Origin: Malacoraja senta
Taxonomy: Eukaryota
NCBI GenBank assembly: GCA_038087875.1
Contig: CM075995.1
Location: 8,000,001-8,064,000 of the forward strand
DNA: 64,000 nucleotides
Direction of reading: 5' to 3'
Positions 23,915-32,913 of this stretch are shown here, one piece after another. The notes under the pieces were generated by a model. That model worked only from the letters and a program-made list of their open reading frames with translations. It made no database searches and had not been told where the DNA came from. Made by a program: the position numbers and the translations under genes. The number at the start of each line of letters is the position of its first letter. Positions within the stretch are counted from its first letter, which is position 1.

Positions 23915-26791
23915 CTAGGTCCATATCCCTGCCCTCTCCCCGTAGCCCCTTATCCCCTTGGCAGCTAAAAAACCATCTATTTTAGACTTAAATATATTTA
24001 ATGTTTCTGCTTCCACTGCTCCCTGGGGCAGTGAATTGCATAAATTAACCACCCTCTGGGTGAAGAAGTTCTTCCTCATCTCAGTTTTAAAAGAGCCCCC
24101 CCTTATTCTGCAACTATGTCCCCTAGTTCTAGTTTCCCCGATCATTGGGAACATCCTCGGTGCATCCACCCGATCAAGGCCCCTCACGATCTTATATGTT
24201 TCAATGAGATCGCCTCTCATTCTTCTAAACTCCAAAGAGTAGAGTTCCAGCCTACTTAACCTTTCCTCATATGTCAATCCCCTCATTGCAGGAATTAATC
24301 TTGTAAACCTTCGCTGCACTGCCTCCAGGGCCAGTACATCATTTCTTAAGTATGGACCCCAGAACTGTACACAGTATTCCAAATGTGGTCTCACTAATAC
24401 TGTGTACAGCTGCAGCAAGACCTCCGTGTTTTTATACTCAATCCCCCTAGCAATAAAGGCCAAAACTCCATTGGCCTTCCTGATAGCTTGCTGCACCTGC
24501 ATACTAACTTTTAGTGATTCATGTACTACTACCCCTAGATCCCTTTGCGTTGCATTACAGCGCAGCTCCTCCTCATTTAGAAAATAACTTGCCCTATCAT
24601 TTTTTTTCCCAAAGTGAATGACTTCACATTTATTAGTATTAAATTTCATCTGCCAAGTTGTTGCCCACTCACCTAGCTTATCTATATCCTTTTGCAGACT
24701 CTTCCTATCCTCCTCATCCCCTACTTTTCTTCCCATTTTTGTATCGTCCGCAAATTTTGATATATTACACTTGGTTCCCTCCTCCAAATCATTTATATAA
24801 ATTGTGAACAACTGGGGTCCCAGCACCGACCCTTGCGGAACCCCGCTAGTTACCGGTTGCCATCCCGAATATGAACCATTTATCCCCACTCTCTGCTTCC
24901 TATTTGTTAGCCAATCCTCTACCCATGCTAATATATTACCCCCAATCCCATAATTTTTTATTTTTAGCAATAGTCTCTTATGTGGCACCTTGTCAAAAGC
25001 CTTTTGGAAGTCCAAGTATACCACATCCACCGGTTCCCCTTTATCCACCCGGGTTGTTACTTCCTCAAAGAATTCGAGCAGATTCGTTAAACAGGACTTC
25101 CCCTTCACAAAACCATGCTGGTTCTGTCCGATGAAGTCATGTCCATCCAAGTGCCCCGTTAGTGTTTCTTTAATAATTGTCTCTAACATTTTACCCACCA
25201 CCGATGTTAGACTAACCGGTCTATAGTTACCCGCCTTCTGTTTACTTCCTTTTTTAAATATAGGTGTTACATTGGCCATTTTCCAATCCACTGGGACCGT
25301 TCCTGCCTCCAGGGAGTTTTGGAAAATTATCACCAATGCATCCACAATCCCCACCGCTATCTCCCTCAAGACCCTTGGATGTAATCCATCAGGCCCAGGG
25401 GATTTATCCTCCTTCAGTCTCATTAATTTCCCTAATACCACCTCCTTGGTGATCTTAATAGTATTTAGCTCCTCCATTCCTACCGCCCCCTGTTTATCCA
25501 GCGTTGGAATATTTTTTGTGTCTTCTATGGTGAAGACTGATACAAAATACTCGTTTAATGCCTTTGCCATTTCCATGTTCCCCACCAACAACTCTCCAGT
25601 CTCACCCTCCAATGGACCAACGTTCACCTTAGCCACCCTTTTTCTTTTTATATAGCTATAAAAACTCTTACTATTAGTTTTTATGTTGTTCGCTAAATTC
25701 CTTTCATAGTCTATTTTCCCCGTCTTAATTAATCTCTTAGTTATTTTTTGCTGACCTTTAAATGCTTCCCAATCCTCTACCCTCCCACTATCTCTGGCTA
25801 CCTTATATGCCCTTGCCTTCAGCCGAATACTATCCTTTATAGTTTTACTGAGCCATGGCTGACTGTTCTTACCCTTACCCCTTTTTTTCTTCATAGGAAT
25901 AAATTTTTCTTGAAGGTTATACAGTAGATCCTTAAACGTACACCACTGCTCATGTACCGTCTTATTCTTGAGTCTACTATCCCAGTCAACTTTGATCAGC
26001 TCAGTCCTCATACCTTCATAATCCCCTTTATTTAGACTAAGTACCCTAGCCTGAGTTTCAACCTGCTCCCCTTCTATTTGAATATGGAATTCGACCATAT
26101 TGTGGTCACTTGTTCCCAACGAGTCCCTAACTATGACATTTTTAATTAATCCTGCTTCATTACACAGGACCAGATCCAAGATTGCCTCCCCCCTTGTCGG
26201 TTCTGTGACATACTGTTCTAGGAACCCGTCTCTAATACATTCTATAAACTCTTCCTCTAGTTTACCCTGCCCAGTTTGGTTTGCCCAATTAATATGAAAA
26301 TTGAAGTCCCCCATGATTACAGCAGTTCCCTTTTTACATGCGTCAACTATTTGCAGATTTATGTTCTGACTAACAGCGTCACAGCTATTTGGAGGTCTAT
26401 AAATTACACCCACTAGTGTTTTTTTCCCCTTGTTATTCTCTATCTGTACCCAAGCTGTTTCACTATCCTGATCCTTCAACGCAATATCCTTCCTCTCTAT
26501 TGCCGTTATTCCCTCCCTTATTAAAAGGGCCACCCCTCCTCCCTTTCTTTCCTGTCTATTTTTTCGAATTGTCGAGTACCCCTCTATATTTAACTCCCAG
26601 TCCTGATCCCCTTGCAGCCATGTCTCCGTAATGGCCACGATATCATAACTATATATACTTAATTGCACCGTTAATTCATTTATCTTATTTCGAATACTCC
26701 GTGCATTTAGATACAGCACTTTCAGATGATTTTTACTACCCTTCCTTTCTGTTTTTGCCTCTTTTACATCTAGAGCTTTATCTTCACACAT
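23915..26791 (-). CDS. CR1 ORF2: APE endonuclease plus reverse transcriptase (first ATG at 26791; frame open from the GTG at 26875)
   Basis: YLNARS, ITETWL, YRPP, MGDFN, LDLVL and SDH endonuclease motifs; DFQKAFD, PQGSVLGP and FADD RT motifs; no internal stops. Confidence 0.96.
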   Translation of the reverse strand: MCEDKALDVKEAKTERKGSKNHLKVLYLNARSIRNKINELTVQLSIYSYDIVAITETWLQGDQDWELNIEGYSTIRKNRQERKGGGVALLIREGITAIERKDIALKDQDSETAWVQIENNKGKKTLVGVIYRPPNSCDAVSQNINLQIVDACKKGTAVIMGDFNFHINWANQTGQGKLEEEFIECIRDGFLEQYVTEPTRGEAILDLVLCNEAGLIKNVIVRDSLGTSDHNMVEFHIQIEGEQVETQARVLSLNKGDYEGMRTELIKVDWDSRLKNKTVHEQWCTFKDLLYNLQEKFIPMKKKRGKGKNSQPWLSKTIKDSIRLKARAYKVARDSGRVEDWEAFKGQQKITKRLIKTGKIDYERNLANNIKTNSKSFYSYIKRKRVAKVNVGPLEGETGELLVGNMEMAKALNEYFVSVFTIEDTKNIPTLDKQGAVGMEELNTIKITKEVVLGKLMRLKEDKSPGPDGLHPRVLREIAVGIVDALVIIFQNSLEAGTVPVDWKMANVTPIFKKGSKQKAGNYRPVSLTSVVGKMLETIIKETLTGHLDGHDFIGQNQHGFVKGKSCLTNLLEFFEEVTTRVDKGEPVDVVYLDFQKAFDKVPHKRLLLKIKNYGIGGNILAWVEDWLTNRKQRVGINGSYSGWQPVTSGVPQGSVLGPQLFTIYINDLEEGTKCNISKFADDTKMGRKVGDEEDRKSLQKDIDKLGEWATTWQMKFNTNKCEVIHFGKKNDRASYFLNEEELRCNATQRDLGVVVHESLKVSMQVQQAIRKANGVLAFIARGIEYKNTEVLLQLYTVLVRPHLEYCVQFWGPYLRNDVLALEAVQRRFTRLIPAMRGLTYEERLSRLELYSLEFRRMRGDLIETYKIVRGLDRVDAPRMFPMIGETRTRGHSCRIRGGSFKTEMRKNFFTQRVVNLCNSLPQGAVEAETLNIFKSKIDGFLAAKGIRGYGERAGIWT

Positions 26792-26898
26792 TCTGGATCC
26801 TCCTGTCACATTTTGATTTTCCGTTTCCCCACTGATACCCTGCTCTATTTCCTCTACCCCTGCTGTTATTACCACCCTTGATACCTCCCCCCCGCTAC

Positions 26899-27861
26899 TT
26901 AGTTTAAAGACCTCTCTACTGCCCTAGTTATATGATTTGCCAGGACCCCAGTCCCAGCACCGTTCAGGTGAAGTCCGTCCTTACAGAACAGATCCCCCCT
27001 GTCCCAGTACTGGTGCCAGTGGCCCAAGAAACCAAACCCATTTTTCCCACACCAGTCTTTGAGCCACGCATTCAGCTTTTTAATTTTACTTACTCTCGCT
27101 GATTTGGCCCGTGGCTCAGGTAGCAATCCGGAGATCAGTACCCTCGAGGTTCTGCTTTTTAATTTATTCCCTAACTGCTCAAACTCCTTCAGCAGATCCT
27201 CCTTCCTCGTCCTTCCTATGTCATTGGTCCCCACATGGACCACGACCACTGGATCCTCCCCCTCCCTCTGCAAATTTCTCTCCAGCATCGCAGAGATATC
27301 CTTAACCCTAGCACCGGGTAGGCAACACAGCCTTCGGGACATGTTCTGCTGGCCGCAGAGAACCTTATCTACCCCCCGAATAATACTATCCCCTATCACA
27401 ACGGCATTTCTTCTAACTCCCCCCTCTTGAATGTCCCCCTGATCCACGGTGCTGCAGCCAGGTTGCTCATCCCTCCCACAGCCCCTGATCCCGTCCTCAC
27501 ATTGAGTAAGAGCCTCGGTCATGCTCGTCAGGAACAAGGGCTGTGGCTCCTGCCGCATCTCCTCCTGGTTCCCCCTACCTGCCTCGCTTATGGCCACACC
27601 TTCCTTTCCTTGCTCACTCACTACTGAATTAGTTAAACTGGTCGGTGTGACCATCCCCTGGCACAAAACATCCAGGTAATACTCCCCCTCCCTGATGTAC
27701 CGCAGCGTATGAAGTTGGGTCTCCATCTCCTCAATGCGGAGCTCGAGTTCCGCTAGCCTCAAACACTTACTGCAGCTGTAGGGATCATCTACACCATCTA
27801 CATCAATGGTGTCGACAAATTCCCACATCTCACAGTATTGGCACATCTCCTGGCCGCCCAT
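26899..27861 (-). CDS. CR1 ORF1: zinc finger, coiled coil and SGNH esterase domain
   Basis: CQYC...CSKC, leucine-rich heptads, VVIGDSIIRG, HVGTND and DGLHL motifs. Confidence 0.94.
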   Translation of the reverse strand: MGGQEMCQYCEMWEFVDTIDVDGVDDPYSCSKCLRLAELELRIEEMETQLHTLRYIREGEYYLDVLCQGMVTPTSLTNSVVSEQGKEGVAISEAGRGNQEEMRQEPQPLFLTSMTEALTQCEDGIRGCGRDEQPGCSTVDQGDIQEGGVRRNAVVIGDSIIRGVDKVLCGQQNMSRRLCCLPGARVKDISAMLERNLQREGEDPVVVVHVGTNDIGRTRKEDLLKEFEQLGNKLKSRTSRVLISGLLPEPRAKSARVSKIKKLNAWLKDWCGKNGFGFLGHWHQYWDRGDLFCKDGLHLNGAGTGVLANHITRAVERSLN

Positions 27862-28891
27862 CTTATATAAGTAAATAACTGGTCCTATTTAAGAATCCCC
27901 TACCCGGATTACTATATTGATACACCCCTTATTTATATAATCCTACCTCCTATTGATACACCCCTTATTTATATAATCCTACCTCCTATAAATGGGAAAG
28001 TACTCACCCCAGCCGTAAATTACCTACTGGTTTGGCTGTCTAGTAGTAATTCCGTCCGCTCTTCCTGTCTGGTCCACTGCTCCCTTGCAGTGCGTGGCAA
28101 ACCTCTTAGCCTCTGTTAGCCTCTCGAGCCGCGGCTCCGTCCTTCCTCCCTCGGCGACAGCCCGGGCCGCACCATATACATGGAAGTAAGCTCTCCTGAA
28201 TTACTCAAACGGTTCAGGGTGGCGTCTTCACTTTGGGCCTTCCGCACTCAGCGCCACCTCTCCACTAAGCGGAAATGACGCAATCAGCGCCACTTCTCCA
28301 CTAAGCGGAAATGACGGAAACCTTCTTAACCAAAAAGTGCTGGAGAAACTCAGCGGGTGAGGCAGAAGGGATGATTTTCTCAGCAGTCAAGCACCAGTTG
28401 TGAAATCAGAATCAGTTAATGTTTTGAGGGTTGGGGGGTTTGGGGAGCATGGCTGATTAAAATTGGTTTGACCATTGGGGTTGTACTACTTGCAGTGGCA
28501 ATCATGTTGTGCTGTGTTTTCCCCTGTATTAAGTCTCTCCTGGTGAAAGCTACTGTGAAGCAACTGCCAATGATAACGGGTGAAGACGAATCTGGCCCTC
28601 AAGGAAAGTGGACCTCGATGATAGAATACTACTACAATGGAGTAGAAGTGTTAGGAAAATGTTAAACGAAGTCTGTAAGGGAAACTGGATCCTTTTTTCC
28701 TGCCTCACGTAATGGGGGTGGGTTTTTGGCCAGTTTCTCAGGGAGCCGGAGAAAGAACGCTACACAGCATTAAGCAAACTTAATTAAAAGAGCCTGCATT
28801 TTAGGGCTCTATGGGTAATTTGACCTGGGGGATGTGTGTGTGGTTTTCTTTGTCTTTTGACAATCGGTGGGAGTCTCAGAGGAGGGAGTTA

Positions 28892-29446
28892 TATGGAAGT
28901 TATAAACAAGTTACTTATTTCTAATTTTGCACCTTTGTATTCTTAATAAATACATTTATATCCTTGAATTAAACATAAGCTAATATGTAACAGTACAAAA
29001 TGGTGTCGTCTAACCTTGGCAGACATAGCTGAGAGATTAAAGTTGCTTTAGCTGAAACATAATGGTGGCAGGACAAGGACATAGATGGGACATTAGAAGT
29101 TAATTTTAAGGGTGGCGAGTGAAGGACGAGATATGAGAGGAAATGTAAAGTTGAATAAGATTGAACCAAGGTCGGAAGCTAATGGTGGCGAGACAGAGAA
29201 TACTAGAATCAAAGACAGATTGATGCAAAGGAGTACAGCATGAAAAATAATGTAGCAGAGATAAGGCTGAAAGAGTGTAATAAAAAGCTGCTTGTTTCTG
29301 TGGATCAGAGCAATTAGAGAGCGGACAGGTGGTGTCATCTCTGAATGTTTCAGCCGAAGATTTGCAAATAAAGGCTTTTCGTCTTCTTGAAGAATTCTCC
29401 GTGTCTGTGTCATCTTATCCAAACTTTGAGTCTTAAAACCACGACA
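28892..29446 (+). repeat. ERV 3' LTR
   Basis: Matches the 5' LTR and is followed by the GGAG TSD. Confidence 0.93.
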
Positions 29447-29742
29447 GGAGCACAGGGGATGTCAGTGAGGACTGAATAGAGGCGGGAATGGGGATCAGAG
29501 TGGGATGGAGTGGAGGGGTCTCAGGATAAGAGGGGTGGAGCGGGCGTACAAGAGAGAGAGGGGGGGGCTAGGTGGGGAGGAAGGAAGGTCAGCGCTCCTC
29601 GGACAACATCACCCCGCTGCCTTGGCCGTTGGGAACTCCTCGCCACCGCCTCCTTCCTCCACCAGCCAACAGCAAGGTGCGGGGCCGGGCGGTGCAGTTC
29701 AGAGATCCTATAGCTATAAGATCTTTGATGCAGCTGCTTCAA

Positions 29743-30087
29743 AAGGGTCGGAGCGAATGACGGGCCCTGCACAGCGGCAACAGCGGCCGCGACAGCAGTT
29801 CCATCTCCTCCTCCTCCAGCCCGCCCTGATAAGGGCCTCTGCTTGTAAACCCACTAACGGGCTTTCAAAACAAACCCTCCCGCACTCCGAGGCCTCCCCC
29901 TCCTTCCCTCCTTCCACCCGGCCTCGGAGTGCTGGAGGGTTTGTTTTGAAAGCGGTTATCGCTGTTAGAGGATTTACAAGCAGAGGCCCTTATCAGGGCG
30001 GGCGGGGGACGGGAGGAGGAGGAGATGGAGCCGCTGTTCGTGGCCACTGCTGCCGCTGTTCGGGGCCTGTCATTCGCTCCAACCCTT
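29743..30087. repeat. Long imperfect inverted repeat (fold-back) inside the TIR element
   Basis: Nested arm pairs GGAGCGAATGAC/GTCATTCGCTCC, CCCGCCCTGATAAGGGCCTCTGCTTGTAAA/TTTACAAGCAGAGGCCCTTATCAGGGCGGG and GCACTCCGAGGCC/GGCCTCGGAGTGC. Confidence 0.9.
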
Positions 30088-30364
30088 CCTCATCCCGCAC
30101 CTAGTATATTTGCCCGCACAACAGCCGCCGTCGACACGAAACGTCGCGTTCCTTTTCTCCAGAGATGCTGCCTGACCCGTGGAGTTACTCCAGTTTTTTG
30201 TGTCTATCTTTGGTACAAACCAGTATCTAGTTGCCAAGCCGAGCAAAATGACTCGGTGTTTAGGTTGCCAGGCGGTGCTTTGAGTGGCCAGTGGCACCCG
30301 GGCAACCGCTAATTTCGAGCCCTGTATTCCCTTTTCGCATTCACTCCCTAGACCCTAGGGACCT

Positions 30365-30755
30365 TTCATTTACAATACAAAACAATACTTACAAAACAAA
30401 ACCGTGCAAACACATCCATCACCATAGTACAAAATCACCAAATTATCGAAGACACTAAATTTTCATATAACTATAATACAATCCTTATTGAGGATATATC
30501 CCCTCCCCCCCCCCCCCCTGCGGTGCCCAGCGGTCCCAGAAATCCCCCAGGGTGCCCGTGGCCAGCGCGTAGTCCCTCTCTAGTACCACCCGGGCGCGGA
30601 CGTAACCCCGGAAAAGGGGCAGGCAGCCGGCTCGGGCAGAGCCCTCTTCCTCCTGGCGCCGTGACTCGCAGCTAGCCAGCTTGGTCAGGCCCAGGGGCAA
30701 CCCAAACCAGAACATCTTCAGCCCTACTCTCTCCCCTACGCACAGGCTGTCCAAA
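30365..30755 (-). mobile_element. Tx1-like LINE ORF2 3' fragment
   Basis: LGLTKLASCESR...CLPLFRGYVRARVVLERDYA...FWDRWAPQG resembles Tx1-clade C-termini. Confidence 0.7.
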
Positions 30756-30759
30756 GATG

Positions 30760-31105
30760 AGGATGCCAGGAAAGATGTTCCCCATGTTGGGGGGAGTCCA
30801 GAACCAGGGGGTCGCAGTTTAAGAATAAGGGGTAGGCCATTTAGGACTGAGATGAGGAAAACCCTTTTCACCCAGAGAGTTGAATCTGTGGAATTCTCTG
30901 TCACAGAAGGCAGAGGATGCCGATTTACTGGATGTTTTCAAGAGAGAGTTAGATTTAGCTCTTAGGGCTAACGGAATCAAGGGATATGGGGAAAAAGCAG
31001 GAACGGGGTACTGATTTTGGATGATCAGCCATGATAATTTTGAATGGCGGCGCTGGCTCGAAGGGCCAAATGGCCTACTCCTGCACCTAGTTTCTATGTT
31101 TCTAT
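30760..31105 (+). mobile_element. CR1 3' fragment
   Basis: SLRIRGRPFRTEMRK and the CR1 3' tail. Confidence 0.88.
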
Positions 31106-32913
31106 GGTGGGTGTGAAGAGGAGCCAGAAGGCGAGGAGCAGCCCCTTTGCTGTCGGTATTGGAACAGGGGCTGCACATGTTTTTCAGATATGGGAGGAGG
31201 GGAGAACCCGGAAGAAACCCACGTAGTCATTGCATCCGCCTCAACTACCTCCTCCGGCAGCTCGTTCCACACACCTACCACCCTCTGAGTTAAAAAGTTG
31301 CCCCTCAGGTTCCTATTAAATCTTTCACCCCTCACCTTCAACCATTCACTGTGAAGGTCCTGCTGTGAACATCTCACACTTATCTACGTTAAACAAACCG
31401 CCTACTTTAATGTCATCTGCAAACTTAGTAATTATGCCATGTGCATCCTCATCTAAATTGTCAATATCAACAACAAACAGCAATGGGCTCACGTTCCCTG
31501 AGGCACACCACTAGTCACAGGCCTCCAGTCTGAAACAAACTTCCACCACTGCCTTGTGCCTTGTTACATGAAGCCAATTATCCTTCCATATCTTCAGTCT
31601 CCCTCCCCCCTGACTCTCAGTCTGAAGAAGTGTCTCGCCCCCATTCCTTCTCTCCGGAGATGCTGCCTGTCCCGCTGAGTTACTCCAGCATTTTATGTCC
31701 AACTTCGGTGTAAACCAGCATCTGCAGTTCCCTCCGACCCATTTCGTCCGCTTCACTGCGAAATCTCCTTGAGGTATGCCGACTTTGAAGAAGTTCTCCT
31801 CCTCTCTCCGACGAGAGTTCTGCGACACCCTCTTGCTGCTCCCCCTCTGTGTTTCCTCCTGCTCCCCGGATCCTCGTTGTCACCTTCCCCTCAGCCAACA
31901 CTTGTCGGAGAAAACTTTAAAACATAACACAAAGATCGGGCAAGACAATCAAGACTCTATTTCAGAGCGCCAACTACTATGATCACTGGAGATTGCCCGA
32001 CGAACAAAGGTTCATCTACTCCTTATATACAGGATTTTCCTTTGATGTGAATGAATGAATAAGTTTATTGGCCAAGTATTCACATACAAGGAATTTGCCT
32101 TGGTGCTCCGCTCGCAAGTGACAGCATGACATACAGTGACAGTGTGTGTTTACTATAGCAGGCACTTTAGCATTTTTCCTTCTCCTCCAAATGGTCTAAT
32201 AACAATTATAAATCATGCCCCTCGGAAAGACACAGAAGAGGAAACGCTGCCCAATTCCACCACATTGCAGATAAACAAATGTCCTGCTCCTCCTTTCCAC
32301 CTGATTTGATTGTTTTACGATTTCCATTTGTCCTTTCACAACAGAGAACAGAATCTGACTAAAGTAGACTGCAGATGGACACAAAATGCCGGAGTAACTC
32401 AGCGGGACAGGCAGCATCTCTGGAGAGAAGGGATGGGTGACATTTCGGGTCGAGACCCTTCTTCAGACTTCAAAGTAGACTGCTGTTAGATAGAGCTCTT
32501 AAAGATAGCAGAGTCAAGGGAACCGGGGAGAAGGCAGGATAGGGGTACTGATTGTGGAAAATTAGCCATGATCACAGTGAATGGCGGTGCTGGCTCGAAG
32601 GGCCGAATGGCATACTCCTGCACCTATTGTATACCATGAAATATATATCTTTTGGGGGTTATTTTACTGCTTATTCTAAAGAAAAATTCTAAGCTTCTGT
32701 TATGTAAACTACTAGCAGAAAACTTGAAAATCACTTTCAATTTATTGAAAATGCAGGAGCTTCAAGTGAGTTTATTGTCATGTGTCCCTGATAGGACAAT
32801 GAAATTCTTGCTTTGCTTCAGCACAACAGAACATAGTAGGCATGACTCCATATACCATTATATAAATATATACACAAATGAATAAATAAACTGATAAAGT
32901 GCAAATAACAGAT

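Larger units (their letters stand above)
23581..28319 (-). mobile_element. Full-length CR1 LINE with intact ORF1 and ORF2
   Basis: 5' UTR with repeats, ORF1, ORF2, ~330-nt 3' UTR and (TTCTATGA)n tail. Confidence 0.95.
16419..29446 (+). mobile_element. Endogenous retrovirus provirus (class I, gamma/epsilon-like), decayed gag-pol-env, two LTRs
   Basis: LTR pair, GGAG 4-bp TSD, PBS and polypurine tract (AGAGGAGGGAG) present. Remnants: gag (WPKEGTF; LPNITDGAGKWIRALEEE), RT (IQYVDDLLVCS), RNase H, integrase (MVERINGTLK, WIDALPLAL, TPHEMLTGRPM), env transmembrane end (AIMLCCVFPCIKSL). Confidence 0.93.
12568..30324. mobile_element. TIR DNA transposon (hAT-like, non-autonomous) expanded to ~17.8 kb by nested insertions
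   Basis: Left end CAGGGCTCTCGCTTAAC; right end reverse complement CAGGGCTCGAAATTAGC. GTTGCC/GGCAAC subterminal motifs at both ends. TATTC lies immediately before and after. Confidence 0.75.

Noticed and set aside
26899..27861. Host or horizontally acquired SGNH esterase gene
   Set aside because: It is ORF1 of a CR1 element; esterase domains in CR1 ORF1 are established.
29093..29422. 109-aa minus-strand ORF in the ERV 3' LTR as an accessory gene
   Set aside because: Starts at a non-ATG codon, and the frame is not preserved in the 5' LTR (2-nt indel).
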